Notes: a model not told the origin generated them from the letters alone. A stretch of DNA of 64,000 nucleotides from an uncultured Bacteroidia bacterium (GCA_938028625.1 CALIZB010000014.1:7044-71043); one strand, 5' to 3'; counted from the first letter of the stretch, positions 9,912 through 20,403 are shown. Made by a program: numbers and translations.

Positions 9912-10700
9912 TTACATCATCCTTTTTTTTTTATCTTCTGTATTAAAGATGTCTGTGTTATTATTAAAGTCTACGACAGTTTCTTTTTTCTTACCAGTAT
10001 TTGTATTATTCGCTGATTTTTTACCTTTTGGTGCGGCAGGACCATGTTTAGGTTTGAAACTCTCGTCACGGATACCATCATTATAGGCTACTATCCACGC
10101 ATCTTTGATACCCATTTTCATAATATCCTGACGGAAGAGCTCGGCATTATCTTCTTCTCGGAACATACCAATCGTATAACGGTTCATTTCATCTTTGGAC
10201 TCAGACATAAAATATTGAGCGAATAATGGGTCTGCTGAGGGCTTGAATTTTACAAAAGCACCTATTTGAACACGATATACTCTTCCTGGGGGTATAGTGC
10301 GTTTAAGTTCAGCAATTTCATTAGCTTTATCTTGAATAACTTTATCTTTTTGAGCGATTTCATCACGCAGTCTTTGAATTTCTGCACTTAGTTGAGATAA
10401 ACTATCTACCTGTTTTTTGAGTTTGTTATTTTCTTCCTGCAACAGCATGTTGGTAGTGCGGGCATTACCCAACTGATTAGTAAGGTTATCTATTTGTGCT
10501 TTGGCAGCTTTAGGATTCTTTTTAATAGCTTTCAGTGCCTTTTTTTCTTCTTTACTAGGTTTATTTCCTTTTTTACCTTTGTCATTGGTTTTCGTTTCCT
10601 TTTTGCCTTTATCTTTCTTGTCTTTTTGTGCATATACTGGTTGTGTGGTAATTAGCCCTACCAGTATCAATGTTGTAATAAAAAGCCCGAGATTTTTCAT
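9912..10700 (-). CDS. SPOR-domain (peptidoglycan-binding) protein with coiled-coil and Lys/Asn-rich regions
   Basis: Signal peptide, coiled-coil segment, and a SPOR-like block (RVYRVQIGAF … DAWIVAY). The C-terminus falls at an A10 homopolymer; see findings. Confidence 0.65.
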   Translation of the reverse strand: MKNLGLFITTLILVGLITTQPVYAQKDKKDKGKKETKTNDKGKKGNKPSKEEKKALKAIKKNPKAAKAQIDNLTNQLGNARTTNMLLQEENNKLKKQVDSLSQLSAEIQRLRDEIAQKDKVIQDKANEIAELKRTIPPGRVYRVQIGAFVKFKPSADPLFAQYFMSESKDEMNRYTIGMFREEDNAELFRQDIMKMGIKDAWIVAYNDGIRDESFKPKHGPAAPKGKKSANNTNTGKKKETVVDFNNNTDIFNTEDKKKRMM

Positions 10701-10933
10701 AATTTGATAGCTGTATTTTTATTTATTACTGCAAATATAAATACAGTTTTCAGATTTGCAAACAATTATGTTATTTTTTATGAGATTTTTTTATTTATGT
10801 TAAAAAAGTGTGGTGTTTTCATTTACAGAATACACTAAAACAACGCTTTGGTTGTATCTGAAAAAGTATTTTGGCAATATGTTTATTTTTTAGCAACTTT
10901 GCAGACGAGAAAATGTTTTTACTCTCAGAAAAA

Positions 10934-12049
10934 ATGAACACCGATACATTATTAGAAAAAGCATTACGTCTGGAATTTCTCTCCATTGAAGAGGGCATGT
11001 TTTTGTATGAAAATGCCCCCACCTCTGAACTGATGTTTGTAGCCAATCAGATTCGTTTCATAAAAAAGCCTGAACAGATTGTTACCTGGATTATTGATAG
11101 GAATGCAAACTATACAAATATATGTGTAGCCAATTGTAAGTTCTGTAATTTTTTTAGACCGCCCGGACATGCCGAAGGATATATTACTTCTTATGAAGAG
11201 TTTTATCAAAAAATAGATGAAATGTTTGCACTTGGCGGCGACCAACTGCTCTTACAAGGTGGACACAATCCTGATTTAGGCATAGAGTACTATGAAAACC
11301 TATTCCGTGCCTTAAAAAATTATAAACCTGAACTCAAACTCCACGCACTCGGTCCCCCAGAAATTGTGCATATTGCAGAGACCAGTAAACTGACGTACCG
11401 TGAAGTATTATCTCGGTTAATAGATGCAGGCTTAGATTCTTTACCTGGTGCGGGGGCAGAGATTCTCAATGACCGCGTAAGACGTCTCATTTCACAGGGC
11501 AAATGCAGCGGCAAAGAATGGTTAGATGTTATGCGTGAAGCCCATAAATTAGGCTTAACTACTTCTGCAACTATGATGTTCGGACATGTAGAAACTTTGT
11601 ATGAGCGTTTTGAACACTTGGTATGGATACGTGAAGTACAGGTAGAAAAACCTGCTAATAGCAAAGGATTTATTGCGTTTATTCCGTGGCCTTACCAAGA
11701 CGATGGTACTTTGCTTAACCGTGTAAAAGGTATCCGAAATGAAGTAATGGCTGATGAGTATTGTAAAATGGTAGCATTAAGTCGTATTATGCTTCCTAAT
11801 ATTGACAATATTCAGGCTTCATGGCTTACTGTGGGACCGCAGGTGGCGCAATTATGCCTGCATGGCGGCGCAAATGATTTGGGTTCTATTATGATTGAGG
11901 AAAATGTAGTTTCTGCTGCGGGGGCGCCGTACAGATTTTCTGCACAAGGATTGCAGGAATGTATTAAGCAGGCAGGTTTTATCCCAAAACTCCGCAACCA
12001 ACAATATGAGTTCAGACCTTTGCCTGATGTTTTATCGCACTTAAACTAA
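10934..12049 (+). CDS. radical SAM enzyme of the MqnC/MqnE (CofH-like) family, futalosine-pathway menaquinone biosynthesis
   Basis: CxxxCxxC motif (CVANCKFC) and CofH/MqnC-like downstream motifs. The track ORF starts at 10871, but MNTDTLLEKAL at 10934 is the more plausible start. Confidence 0.55.
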   Translation: MNTDTLLEKALRLEFLSIEEGMFLYENAPTSELMFVANQIRFIKKPEQIVTWIIDRNANYTNICVANCKFCNFFRPPGHAEGYITSYEEFYQKIDEMFALGGDQLLLQGGHNPDLGIEYYENLFRALKNYKPELKLHALGPPEIVHIAETSKLTYREVLSRLIDAGLDSLPGAGAEILNDRVRRLISQGKCSGKEWLDVMREAHKLGLTTSATMMFGHVETLYERFEHLVWIREVQVEKPANSKGFIAFIPWPYQDDGTLLNRVKGIRNEVMADEYCKMVALSRIMLPNIDNIQASWLTVGPQVAQLCLHGGANDLGSIMIEENVVSAAGAPYRFSAQGLQECIKQAGFIPKLRNQQYEFRPLPDVLSHLN

Positions 12050-12058
12050 TATAATTAC

Positions 12059-12538
12059 ATGTTTATCTCTTCTTCCAAAACGTTATTGGCAGGTGCAAGC
12101 ATGGGTTTATTTATGATAGCAGGCTTCTTGTTAGGGAGTTATGTACATAAATTATTCTATCAGATAGTTATGTTCTTAATAATTATCGTTGCACCTATAG
12201 GAATGATGCTCTATCAAAGAAAGTTGTCTGGTGGCTATCTTAATTATGGTAAAACATTTCAAGCAGGGTTTTTACCTTTATTTTTTGGAATATTTATTCT
12301 TGGCTTGTTTTACTTTGTTTATTTACAATACATCAATCCCGTAGCATTTGAATATGAAAAATTAAAAACTGCCGCAAATCTCAAAGCCGCAGGCATGCAA
12401 AGAGAAACCATAGAAAAAACTACCGCAGGTATGTCCCCTCTCAAAACAGCTTTTACCTATTTTCTTACCTTCTGGATTATCGGTACTTTGTTTTGCCTGT
12501 TGTATGCGGCATTTTGTTATCGGAGTGAAAAGAAATGA
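12059..12538 (+). CDS. small polytopic membrane protein, hypothetical (DUF4199-like)
   Basis: 159 aa with several predicted TM helices. No recognisable catalytic motif. Confidence 0.45.
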   Translation: MFISSSKTLLAGASMGLFMIAGFLLGSYVHKLFYQIVMFLIIIVAPIGMMLYQRKLSGGYLNYGKTFQAGFLPLFFGIFILGLFYFVYLQYINPVAFEYEKLKTAANLKAAGMQRETIEKTTAGMSPLKTAFTYFLTFWIIGTLFCLLYAAFCYRSEKK

Positions 12539-12561
12539 AATGACTACTGTATAACTAATAC

Positions 12562-13503
12562 TTACACATCTTTGAATTTGGCAAGAGTATCTTTTTCTTT
12601 TTTAGTGAGGCTGTTCATGCCTTTTTCTAAAATTTTATCTAAAATACGGTCTATTTCTTCTTGAGTAGGGATTTCTTCACTGCTGTCCACCGAAGATACC
12701 TGTACTTTTTCTATACTTTCTGTAACAGATTTGCCTTTGGTATGATATTCTACTGAGTAAGCAGAATGTACAATTTTCATCTGTGTTTTTTTGGGGGCTC
12801 TGTATTGGGAAAGTCGGATAAAAAATCTTTGAAAGGGCAGGTATACGTCCATACCTTGCTTTAATAGCACAACATACAGCACGCCCCATATTCCTCCGCC
12901 TATGTGGGCTATATGTCCCCCCGCATTGTTACTGCCTATCATCAAAAAATCTATAACAAACACAATAATAGCAAACCACTTCATTTTTATTTCACCAAAC
13001 AAAAAAAGCACAATCCGCTGATTGGGAATAAGCATAGCCAAAGTTGCCAGAATTGCCATTACCCCCGCACTTGCCCCTACGGCATAAGACTGTTTAAGTA
13101 AGGGTTCAAATACAGGAAATACATTATAAGCGGTAATAAAAGCAATTCCTCCGAATATTCCTCCGAAAATATAAGTATACCACACCTTTGACTCACCCTG
13201 ATATTCTGCCAAAGATTTACCTAACCAATACAGCCACAGCATATTAAATAAGATATGAAATACGCCTGCATGCAAAAACATATACGTTATTATTGTCCAG
13301 GGGCGACGGAGCAATACGTGGATATCGGCAGGCAGTTCTGTGTACTTCATGTACTCACGATAGATGTCTGTTCTGTTGAATAGAAAGAGAAATACATATA
13401 GTATTCCCGTAGTTAAAAAAACTACCACATTGATAGTAATAATCTGATTTACTGCCTTTGAACCCATCTGCATAAACAAACGAATGTCTCTTCCGAATTT
13501 CAT
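12562..13503 (-). CDS. rhomboid-family intramembrane serine protease
   Basis: GASAGVMAIL (GxSxG) and a downstream HIGGGIWG His motif in TM helices. C-terminal soluble extension. Confidence 0.75.
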   Translation of the reverse strand: MKFGRDIRLFMQMGSKAVNQIITINVVVFLTTGILYVFLFLFNRTDIYREYMKYTELPADIHVLLRRPWTIITYMFLHAGVFHILFNMLWLYWLGKSLAEYQGESKVWYTYIFGGIFGGIAFITAYNVFPVFEPLLKQSYAVGASAGVMAILATLAMLIPNQRIVLFLFGEIKMKWFAIIVFVIDFLMIGSNNAGGHIAHIGGGIWGVLYVVLLKQGMDVYLPFQRFFIRLSQYRAPKKTQMKIVHSAYSVEYHTKGKSVTESIEKVQVSSVDSSEEIPTQEEIDRILDKILEKGMNSLTKKEKDTLAKFKDV

Positions 13504-13609
13504 AACAGTTTAATTACAAAGATACTATTTTTTGAACAAAAATGAAAGAGCGTACAGTTCAAAGAGATATATTTTATTTCTTTTTATGCTGAAAATGATA
13601 AACTTATAT

Positions 13610-15121
13610 TTATACGTTAGAAAGTTGTATAATCTGCTCTACAATGTCTCTGTTATTGCTTAGTCTCGGAATTTTGTGCTGTCCGCCGAGTTTATTCTGT
13701 TGTTTTAGCCATTTTTCAAAAGTACCCTGTGGCAGGGGTATTATTTCAGGGGGTTGTATGGTCATATCATTAAAGCGTTTGGCTTCATAGTCAGAGTTAA
13801 GGGCTTTTAGGGTTCTGTCTAATATCTCTGCAAATTCTGAGAGATTATCAGGTGCGTGTAGAAATTCTATCAGCCATTGGTGTCTTCCGCATTGATTTTG
13901 TGTAAAATAAGCAGGGGCAACAGTATAATCTTTGAGTATAGCGTTCGTTTTTTCACAGGCTGTTTTAATAGCGGTATCCGTATTATGAATCATGAGTTCT
14001 TCTCCAAAAGCATTGATATACAGTTTAGAACGCCCTATTATCTGAATTTTATACGGATTAAGTGAAGTAAAATGAATAACATCGCCTAAATTATATCGCC
14101 ATAGACCTGCGTTAGTGGTGATAATGAGTGTGTAAGGTTTATGTTTTTCTACTTCCCAAAGCGCGTAAACATTTCCTGTTTTGTTGTCCATAAACTCATA
14201 AAAAATACCATGATTAGTTAAAAGTGCCATATCATCTGCATTTTTTTCGGTCTGAACGGCAAAAAAGCCTTCGGAGGCATTGTAAGTTTGCCAATAATAC
14301 ATGTTTTCAGAGGGAATAATCCGTTTAAACTCCGCCTGATACGGTTCAAAATTTACTGCACCATGAATAAAAACTTCCAAATTTTGCCATATATTGAGTA
14401 AATTTTCTTTGGCTTGCGGATACTGCTCAAATAATTTTCGGATAAGCACTAATGTCCAAGTGGGAACACCCAGTAAAGCACTTACGTTCATTTTAGCAGT
14501 TTCTTGTATCATGGCTTGTATTTTCTTTTCCCAGTCAGGCATAAGGGCTGTTTTTTGGGTAAGTGCGGCAGAGAACCGCGCTAAATCAGGCATATTTTTC
14601 ATCAGAACAGCACTTATGTCTCCGCAGGTAATACTAGCATTATTCGGGTGAGGAAGTAATGTCCCGCCCAGAGCTAATAATCTGCCTTCAAAAAAACGGC
14701 TATTAGGGTTGCTGTTAAAGTATAACGTTAGTAAATCCCGCCCTGCCTTGAAATGATTTTCATTGAGGGCTTCTGCACTTACAGGTATGTATTTGGATTT
14801 GGCATTTGTAGTACCCGAAGATTTGGAAAACCACTGAATTTTACTGCTCCATAGTACATTCTGCTTGCTTGTAATGATTTTTTCAAAATAAGGTAAAAAT
14901 TCTTCGTATTCCAGCACAGGCAGTTTTTTCGCATAGTCTGCGTAGTTTTTTATGGAAGCAAAATCATATTTTTTTCCTATATCTGTATAAGATGCGGTAC
15001 GCAGAAGTTGTCTTAATATCTTTTCTTGATATTCAGAAGCATTATTTAGCCATAATTCTACCTTGGACATTCTTTTAAGAAAAGAACGCATGGCAACCTT
15101 ATGCACTACTCTGCGCAGCAT
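13610..15121 (-). CDS. GH3 auxin-responsive-promoter family protein (acyl-acid amido synthetase-like)
   Basis: 503 aa. N-terminal region resembles bacterial GH3 family members (… ILRQLLRTASYTDIGKKYDF …). Confidence 0.55.
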   Translation of the reverse strand: MLRRVVHKVAMRSFLKRMSKVELWLNNASEYQEKILRQLLRTASYTDIGKKYDFASIKNYADYAKKLPVLEYEEFLPYFEKIITSKQNVLWSSKIQWFSKSSGTTNAKSKYIPVSAEALNENHFKAGRDLLTLYFNSNPNSRFFEGRLLALGGTLLPHPNNASITCGDISAVLMKNMPDLARFSAALTQKTALMPDWEKKIQAMIQETAKMNVSALLGVPTWTLVLIRKLFEQYPQAKENLLNIWQNLEVFIHGAVNFEPYQAEFKRIIPSENMYYWQTYNASEGFFAVQTEKNADDMALLTNHGIFYEFMDNKTGNVYALWEVEKHKPYTLIITTNAGLWRYNLGDVIHFTSLNPYKIQIIGRSKLYINAFGEELMIHNTDTAIKTACEKTNAILKDYTVAPAYFTQNQCGRHQWLIEFLHAPDNLSEFAEILDRTLKALNSDYEAKRFNDMTIQPPEIIPLPQGTFEKWLKQQNKLGGQHKIPRLSNNRDIVEQIIQLSNV

Positions 15122-15213
15122 AGGTACAAATAAACAAATATTTTTCAGAATAATAAAAATTCGCCACTATTACCTGTGAGTAAATTTTTGTCAGAGAGGT
15201 ATTTTGTTGGAAT

Positions 15214-16206
15214 TTAATACAGTTTTTGTGTCAGTACTTCACCAAGATACGTATCTGGAGTTTTGTTAATTTGCAGGAGAATAATTTCATCTTTGGTGTT
15301 TTCATGCCGTTTAAGGTCAGCCTGCCACATTTCTGCAATATCTTTTTCTTTTTTAACCACTACTAACACTAACAAAGACTTATCATAATATCGTGTTTCA
15401 TTTTTTTGATTATCAAAGAATCTGCCGTCTTCCTTTTGCCATTCTTTTTCAGGGAGATAAATTTTAAGCACCTCATCTTTGGGATATTTTTCCTTCCATT
15501 TTTTACGTACATATTCGCGTATCTGCTCTTTGTCTGTACCCGTGTAGAGTTCAGGCAATACGTTTGTGTTCTGTAAGAGGTGCATGCGTATAGTGTGGTA
15601 AGCATTTTTTACCTTGTTTTCTGCATTTTGTATGGCTTTTATGCGTTCAGGGTCATTTTTTTCAAGATAAACCGCATATTGATAAGCAATATACGCATTA
15701 AGATGCTTTGTCAGTTCGCTTTTACGTCCAAAAACGGGGTTTTTTGCATCATCATAAAGTATTTTTTTATCTAAATACAATTCAAGTAGGCTATCTATTT
15801 TATGTTGTGCAATTTGTATAATTTTCTCTTTATCCGTTTTCAAAGATTGTATTTGCTTGTAACATAAGGCGATGCCATTTTTAGCATCAGTATACACATC
15901 TTCCATAGCAGACGGTTTTTTGTATACTTTGTTGTAGGTTTGCATGTACAATTGGTACTTATTTTCACATTTTTTAACAATAGAATCATTTTTTTGAAGA
16001 TTTTCTAATTGGGAACGCATTACAGCAATATCTTGTGTGTTCAGCCCGCCGTAGTACAGTTCGTTTATTGTTCCCAAAGTTTCGTAATCTGCCCAAAAAT
16101 CAGGATATTTTTTTGTGTCTAATTCAGGATATTTGCTTGCGGCAACCTGACTTAACCCTGATATACATACCACAAACAAAAATACAAAAAAAAGAAAGTT
16201 CCTCAT
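15214..16206 (-). CDS. secreted hypothetical protein
   Basis: Signal peptide MRNFLFFVFLFVVCISGLSQVAAS. Lys/Glu-rich, no recognisable domain. Confidence 0.5.
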   Translation of the reverse strand: MRNFLFFVFLFVVCISGLSQVAASKYPELDTKKYPDFWADYETLGTINELYYGGLNTQDIAVMRSQLENLQKNDSIVKKCENKYQLYMQTYNKVYKKPSAMEDVYTDAKNGIALCYKQIQSLKTDKEKIIQIAQHKIDSLLELYLDKKILYDDAKNPVFGRKSELTKHLNAYIAYQYAVYLEKNDPERIKAIQNAENKVKNAYHTIRMHLLQNTNVLPELYTGTDKEQIREYVRKKWKEKYPKDEVLKIYLPEKEWQKEDGRFFDNQKNETRYYDKSLLVLVVVKKEKDIAEMWQADLKRHENTKDEIILLQINKTPDTYLGEVLTQKLY

Positions 16207-16228
16207 AGTTATTTTTTCAAGGATTTTT

Positions 16229-16867
16229 TTATTTCACTCTCATTAACATTACACCATCACGTACAGGCAAAAGCAGTTTTTCTACGCGTGTATCATTGAG
16301 AATATGCGTATTAAATTCTCTCAAATTTTGTGTTTCTTTATCTTTATGCTGTTCATCTAATACCTTACCACTCCATAGTACGTTATCTGCAAGGATAAAC
16401 GCTCCCGAAGGTAATTTTGGTAGTAAAAGTTCGTAGTAATACAAATAATTTTCTTTATCTGCATCTATAAAAACAAGGTCAAAAGAGTAGTTTAATTGCG
16501 GAATAATAACCTTTGCATCACCAATTCTCAATTCTATTTGTTGATGATACGGAGATTGTGAGAAATATCTACGGCACATACTTTCTAATTCTTCGTTAAT
16601 ATCAATTGTAATCAGTTTGCCGTCAGGTTGTAGTCCTTCGGCTAAACATAATGCGGAATATCCAGTGTAAGTACCTATTTCTAATACATATCTTGGACGA
16701 ATCATTTTGCTAACCATACTCAAAAAACGCCCTTGTAAATGCCCTGAAAGCATACGCGGATATAGTACTTTGGCATGCGTTTCACGGTTAAGTTGTTGCA
16801 ACAATTCAGGTTCAGGTTCAGTATGCAAACGTGCATATTCGTCTATTTCGGGAGGTAAAAATTCCAT
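16229..16867 (-). CDS. class I SAM-dependent O-methyltransferase (caffeoyl-CoA OMT-like, family 3)
   Basis: VLEIGTYTGYSALCLAEGL SAM-binding motif, FIDADKENYLYYYE, ILADNVLW. Confidence 0.75.
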   Translation of the reverse strand: MEFLPPEIDEYARLHTEPEPELLQQLNRETHAKVLYPRMLSGHLQGRFLSMVSKMIRPRYVLEIGTYTGYSALCLAEGLQPDGKLITIDINEELESMCRRYFSQSPYHQQIELRIGDAKVIIPQLNYSFDLVFIDADKENYLYYYELLLPKLPSGAFILADNVLWSGKVLDEQHKDKETQNLREFNTHILNDTRVEKLLLPVRDGVMLMRVK

Positions 16868-16894
16868 ATCTTTGCAAAAATAAAAAAATACCTA

Positions 16895-17320
16895 ATGCGA
16901 TTGAGAATATACCTGTTTTTATGGATAATTTCTTTACAACTGTATGCACAGAACCTAGACTCTTTGCTATTCAATCATAACTCTGTAATTTTCTCACCTT
17001 ACAACCACCCCGAAGTAAAATATAGTTTGAGCATAAATCCTGTACTGTTTTTAGGTAAAACGGCATTGTTTTTTTATCAGAAGGTAATTTCTGACCAGAT
17101 TGGAGCAGTATGTGCTCATGAACCGAGTTGTTCAGAATATTGCAGACAAAGTATAGAAAAATCAGGTTTTGTACGTGGTATTTTGCTTGCAGGAGATAGG
17201 TTACAAAGGTGTACTCCATTCAATGTGATGAACCTGCGAAAAAACTCTGAAAATTTAAGAAATGGCAAAATTTATGACCCTCCTCCTGCTCTAAAACAAA
17301 AAAAGAATGAAAAACCGTAA
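16895..17320 (+). CDS. yidD: YidD-family membrane protein insertion efficiency factor, with an N-terminal extension
   Basis: HEPSCSEY … RGILLAGDRLQRCTP matches the YidD signature. At 141 aa it is longer than canonical YidD. Confidence 0.55.
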   Translation: MRLRIYLFLWIISLQLYAQNLDSLLFNHNSVIFSPYNHPEVKYSLSINPVLFLGKTALFFYQKVISDQIGAVCAHEPSCSEYCRQSIEKSGFVRGILLAGDRLQRCTPFNVMNLRKNSENLRNGKIYDPPPALKQKKNEKP

Positions 17321-17359
17321 TGTATACGAACTTACCAAAAATCTTTTATTTTTGCACAC

Positions 17360-20287
17360 ATGGCAAAACACAAAAAAAATAACCCTACTTTTCAGTCCCC
17401 TGTTACCAACACGGTTACCCCAAAAACAGAAGTATCCAAACCGCTTCTCAATGAAGAAAACAGCCCTGCATTTCTACTGCTCAATGCGGGTACTGACGCA
17501 ATAAGTGCTTTTCAGAAAGCCTATCCGAATGTAAAAATTTTTACGGATACAGGTGCTGAAAACAGTATAAAAGTGCGTTCAGGTAAAGAAATAAGTACAC
17601 AAATCAGTCCTAATCAGTTTTTGGTAGTATGGGACGCAAAACACTATAACAACACTAATGATATTCTCAAATGGATACAACAACAAAAAAAGAATATCCA
17701 GCAAAATAAAGTTGTCTGCGGAGTTTTAGAAGAAAATACCCCTGCCAAAGGCGCTAAAAAATGGCTTAATGGTATTAAAAAAGGCATTTATGGTATTTTA
17801 AGTCCTACTTTATGTCCTGAATATCCCGCTGTAATGGCTATTCCTGCCAAAGATGCACAATATGTTATTCACCACAGTACATTAAGCATGCACAATATTC
17901 TGTACATCACACGTCAGATTTCTCTCCCGCATCAGATAGAAACTATAAAAACAGCTTCTCAAACTATAAAAACACCACTTTTATCTGCTTTTATTCATTT
18001 TTTTACCAATAAAGTGCAATGGTATGTGCTTTCTCCCTTACAGGATTTGACAGATAAAAAAACTCCTGCTTATGAACCTTATGCCTCTAAAAACCGTGCA
18101 TGGATGCGTTTTGTATTTGCGTTTTTATGTGTTTTTTTCATGAGTTTAATGCTATACGTAAGCAAAGATTTTGGGCAATCAGGCGATGAATGGATGCACT
18201 ACGCACAGGCAGAGAAAGTACTTAAATACTATAAAGACGGTGATAAAGCATGCTTAAATGACCCAAAACTCTTATTACACTTTTATGGGCAATCTTTTGA
18301 TATAATTACCGTATGGTTGATTAAACAACTTAATCCCAATGACCCATACGCACTACGGCACTTTTTTAATGCGTTAATGGGCTTTATTGCTATTGTATTT
18401 ACGGCTTTGTCTGCCAAAGCGATGGGGGGCTGGAGGGCAGGGATTTTTGCATTTCTATTTATTGCGTTAACTCCCCGTTTTTTTGGGCATTCTATGAATA
18501 ATCCGAAGGATATTCCTTTTGCCACAGCTACTATTTTTGGGATATTTTATGCTATTCGGTTTATTCAACAGCTTCCAAGACCAAGTATTCATACCTGCTT
18601 TTTTGCTATTTTAGGTATAGCATGGGCAATTAGTATACGCGTAGGTGGAATACTTAACATTGCGTATTTTATATCATTCAGCGGATTAGCTATGTTTCTT
18701 TTAGACAAAAAAGAAAGAAAATGGGTATCTGTAATAACTACTATGGCAATCATTGTGCTTCTTGGTTATCTTGGGGGCTTGATTTTATGGCCTTATGGTA
18801 TGCAAAACCCATTAAAAAACCCATTTAACGCACTTAAAGCCATGTCTGAATATCCTGCTAATATCAAAATTGTGTTTGAAGGTGAACATATATGGTCAAC
18901 TAAAATTCCATGGCATTATGGAATTAAATACATTTTTATCAGTAATCCGCTTATAGTATTGGTTGGCTTTTTGATAATGATAGGTTTATCTATTCAAGCA
19001 TATAAAAGAGCTATTTTTAATAAATCTGCTACACTTTTAGTATTATTTGCTTCCGTTTTTCCTATTCTTTACACGATTTATAAGAACTCTACGCTTTACA
19101 ATGAATGGCGGCATTTATTATTTGTATATCCTACATTAGTAGTGTGTTCGGCATTAGGTTGGAATGCACTGATATACTTTATTTCACAAAAGATAGTCCA
19201 TACTGTAATTTACATATTGATAGCATTAGGCTGTATAGAACCTACAATATGGATGATTCAAAACCACCCTAATGAATATGTGTATTTTAATCAAATTGTG
19301 GGGGGAACAGCAGGCGCCTACGGCAATTATGAAACAGATTATTACATGAACAGCATCAAACACAGTGTAGAATGGTTTCTCAAAAATGAATATGAACCTA
19401 ATAAAGATAAATACAGCAAAGAAAAACCGTTAAATCTTGTTACTACTTCGGTAGGACCTGTAAATTATTATCTGCGGAATTACAAAGATAAAATCAAAGT
19501 TACCTATACTCGTTATTATGAACGCCAATGGAAAGACTGGGACTATGGAATATTTCCTGTATCTATTCAGGTACATAATTCGCAGGCAAAACGCGGTTTG
19601 TATCCTCCCAAAGGCACAGTGTATGCTATCAAAGCCAGCGGAAAAGTGATGTGTGCCGTAGTTAAAAACAATGATAAGAATAGCTATCTCGGCAGAGAGC
19701 AGTTTAAGCGCAATCAGTTTGATAGTGCTTTACATTCTTTCAAAAAAGCTATTGCTTATGACCCTAATGATGAAAATGCTTATAATGGTATAGGCAGGTA
19801 TTATTACAGCAAAAAACAGCTTGATAGCGCAATGTGGTATTTTAGAAAATCTACGGCGTTGTACCCTGAATATGCAGACAGCTATAATCTCATAGGTAAT
19901 ATATTTATGCAAAGAAAAAATTATGACAGCGCTATTGTATACATCAAAAAAGCGGTAGATTTAATTCCTAATTCAGGAAGTTTACTCACGGGGTTAGCTT
20001 CAGCGTATATTCAGAAAGGTGAATATACAAGTGCTTTTGAATATCTCAACCAAGCCCTCGAATATCCTCCTGTGGGTGCAGATACGCAGTATTATCTTGG
20101 TATTTGTTATATGAATCAGCGGAACTATCAAGCGGCGTCAGATGCCTTTGCACAGGCAATAAAAATCAATCCAAGATACCAGCCTGCATATATAGAACTT
20201 ATCAATTTATTAGAGAAAACAGGCAATAAAGCCGCTGCTAAACAGTACGCTGAACAGTTCCAGAAAATACAAGCTATGGGGCAATAA
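17360..20287 (+). CDS. large membrane protein: cytosolic N-terminal domain, polytopic GT-C/DUF2723-like membrane domain and C-terminal TPR repeats
   Basis: 975 aa. About 230 aa soluble N-terminus, about 10 predicted TM helices, and C-terminal TPR-like repeats (… AYNGIGRYYYSKKQLDSAMWYFRKSTALYPEYADSYNLIGNIFMQ …). Confidence 0.55.
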   Translation: MAKHKKNNPTFQSPVTNTVTPKTEVSKPLLNEENSPAFLLLNAGTDAISAFQKAYPNVKIFTDTGAENSIKVRSGKEISTQISPNQFLVVWDAKHYNNTNDILKWIQQQKKNIQQNKVVCGVLEENTPAKGAKKWLNGIKKGIYGILSPTLCPEYPAVMAIPAKDAQYVIHHSTLSMHNILYITRQISLPHQIETIKTASQTIKTPLLSAFIHFFTNKVQWYVLSPLQDLTDKKTPAYEPYASKNRAWMRFVFAFLCVFFMSLMLYVSKDFGQSGDEWMHYAQAEKVLKYYKDGDKACLNDPKLLLHFYGQSFDIITVWLIKQLNPNDPYALRHFFNALMGFIAIVFTALSAKAMGGWRAGIFAFLFIALTPRFFGHSMNNPKDIPFATATIFGIFYAIRFIQQLPRPSIHTCFFAILGIAWAISIRVGGILNIAYFISFSGLAMFLLDKKERKWVSVITTMAIIVLLGYLGGLILWPYGMQNPLKNPFNALKAMSEYPANIKIVFEGEHIWSTKIPWHYGIKYIFISNPLIVLVGFLIMIGLSIQAYKRAIFNKSATLLVLFASVFPILYTIYKNSTLYNEWRHLLFVYPTLVVCSALGWNALIYFISQKIVHTVIYILIALGCIEPTIWMIQNHPNEYVYFNQIVGGTAGAYGNYETDYYMNSIKHSVEWFLKNEYEPNKDKYSKEKPLNLVTTSVGPVNYYLRNYKDKIKVTYTRYYERQWKDWDYGIFPVSIQVHNSQAKRGLYPPKGTVYAIKASGKVMCAVVKNNDKNSYLGREQFKRNQFDSALHSFKKAIAYDPNDENAYNGIGRYYYSKKQLDSAMWYFRKSTALYPEYADSYNLIGNIFMQRKNYDSAIVYIKKAVDLIPNSGSLLTGLASAYIQKGEYTSAFEYLNQALEYPPVGADTQYYLGICYMNQRNYQAASDAFAQAIKINPRYQPAYIELINLLEKTGNKAAAKQYAEQFQKIQAMGQ

Positions 20288-20293
20288 ATAAAA

Positions 20294-20313
20294 AACGCTC
20301 TAATAGCGTTTTC
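20294..20313 (+). terminator. rho-independent terminator after the TPR membrane protein gene
   Basis: AACGCT-CTAAT-AGCGTT hairpin followed by TTTTCG. Confidence 0.45.
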
Positions 20314-20317
20314 GTTG

Positions 20318-20388
20318 AGGCAACAAGCGGATTCGAACCGCTGTACAAGGTTTTGCAGACCTCTGCCTAACCACTCGGCCATGTTGCC
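20318..20388 (-). tRNA. tRNA-Cys (anticodon GCA)
   Basis: Minus-strand 71-nt cloverleaf: acceptor GGCAACA/TGTTGCC, anticodon loop CTGCAAA (GCA), T-arm AGCGG-TTCGAAT-CCGCT, discriminator U. No encoded CCA. Confidence 0.85.
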
Positions 20389-20403
20389 TTAAAAATTGGA
20401 CTG

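Noticed and set aside
9752-9946. Plus-strand 64-aa ORF and other short antisense ORFs (e.g. 21649..22131, 21779..22054, 28134..28358, 55307..56303, 63601..63936, 38506..39024)
   Set aside because: They lie wholly inside or antisense to well-supported genes, have biased (poly-Phe/Leu or Cys/Thr-rich) compositions, and no start context. Treated as spurious.
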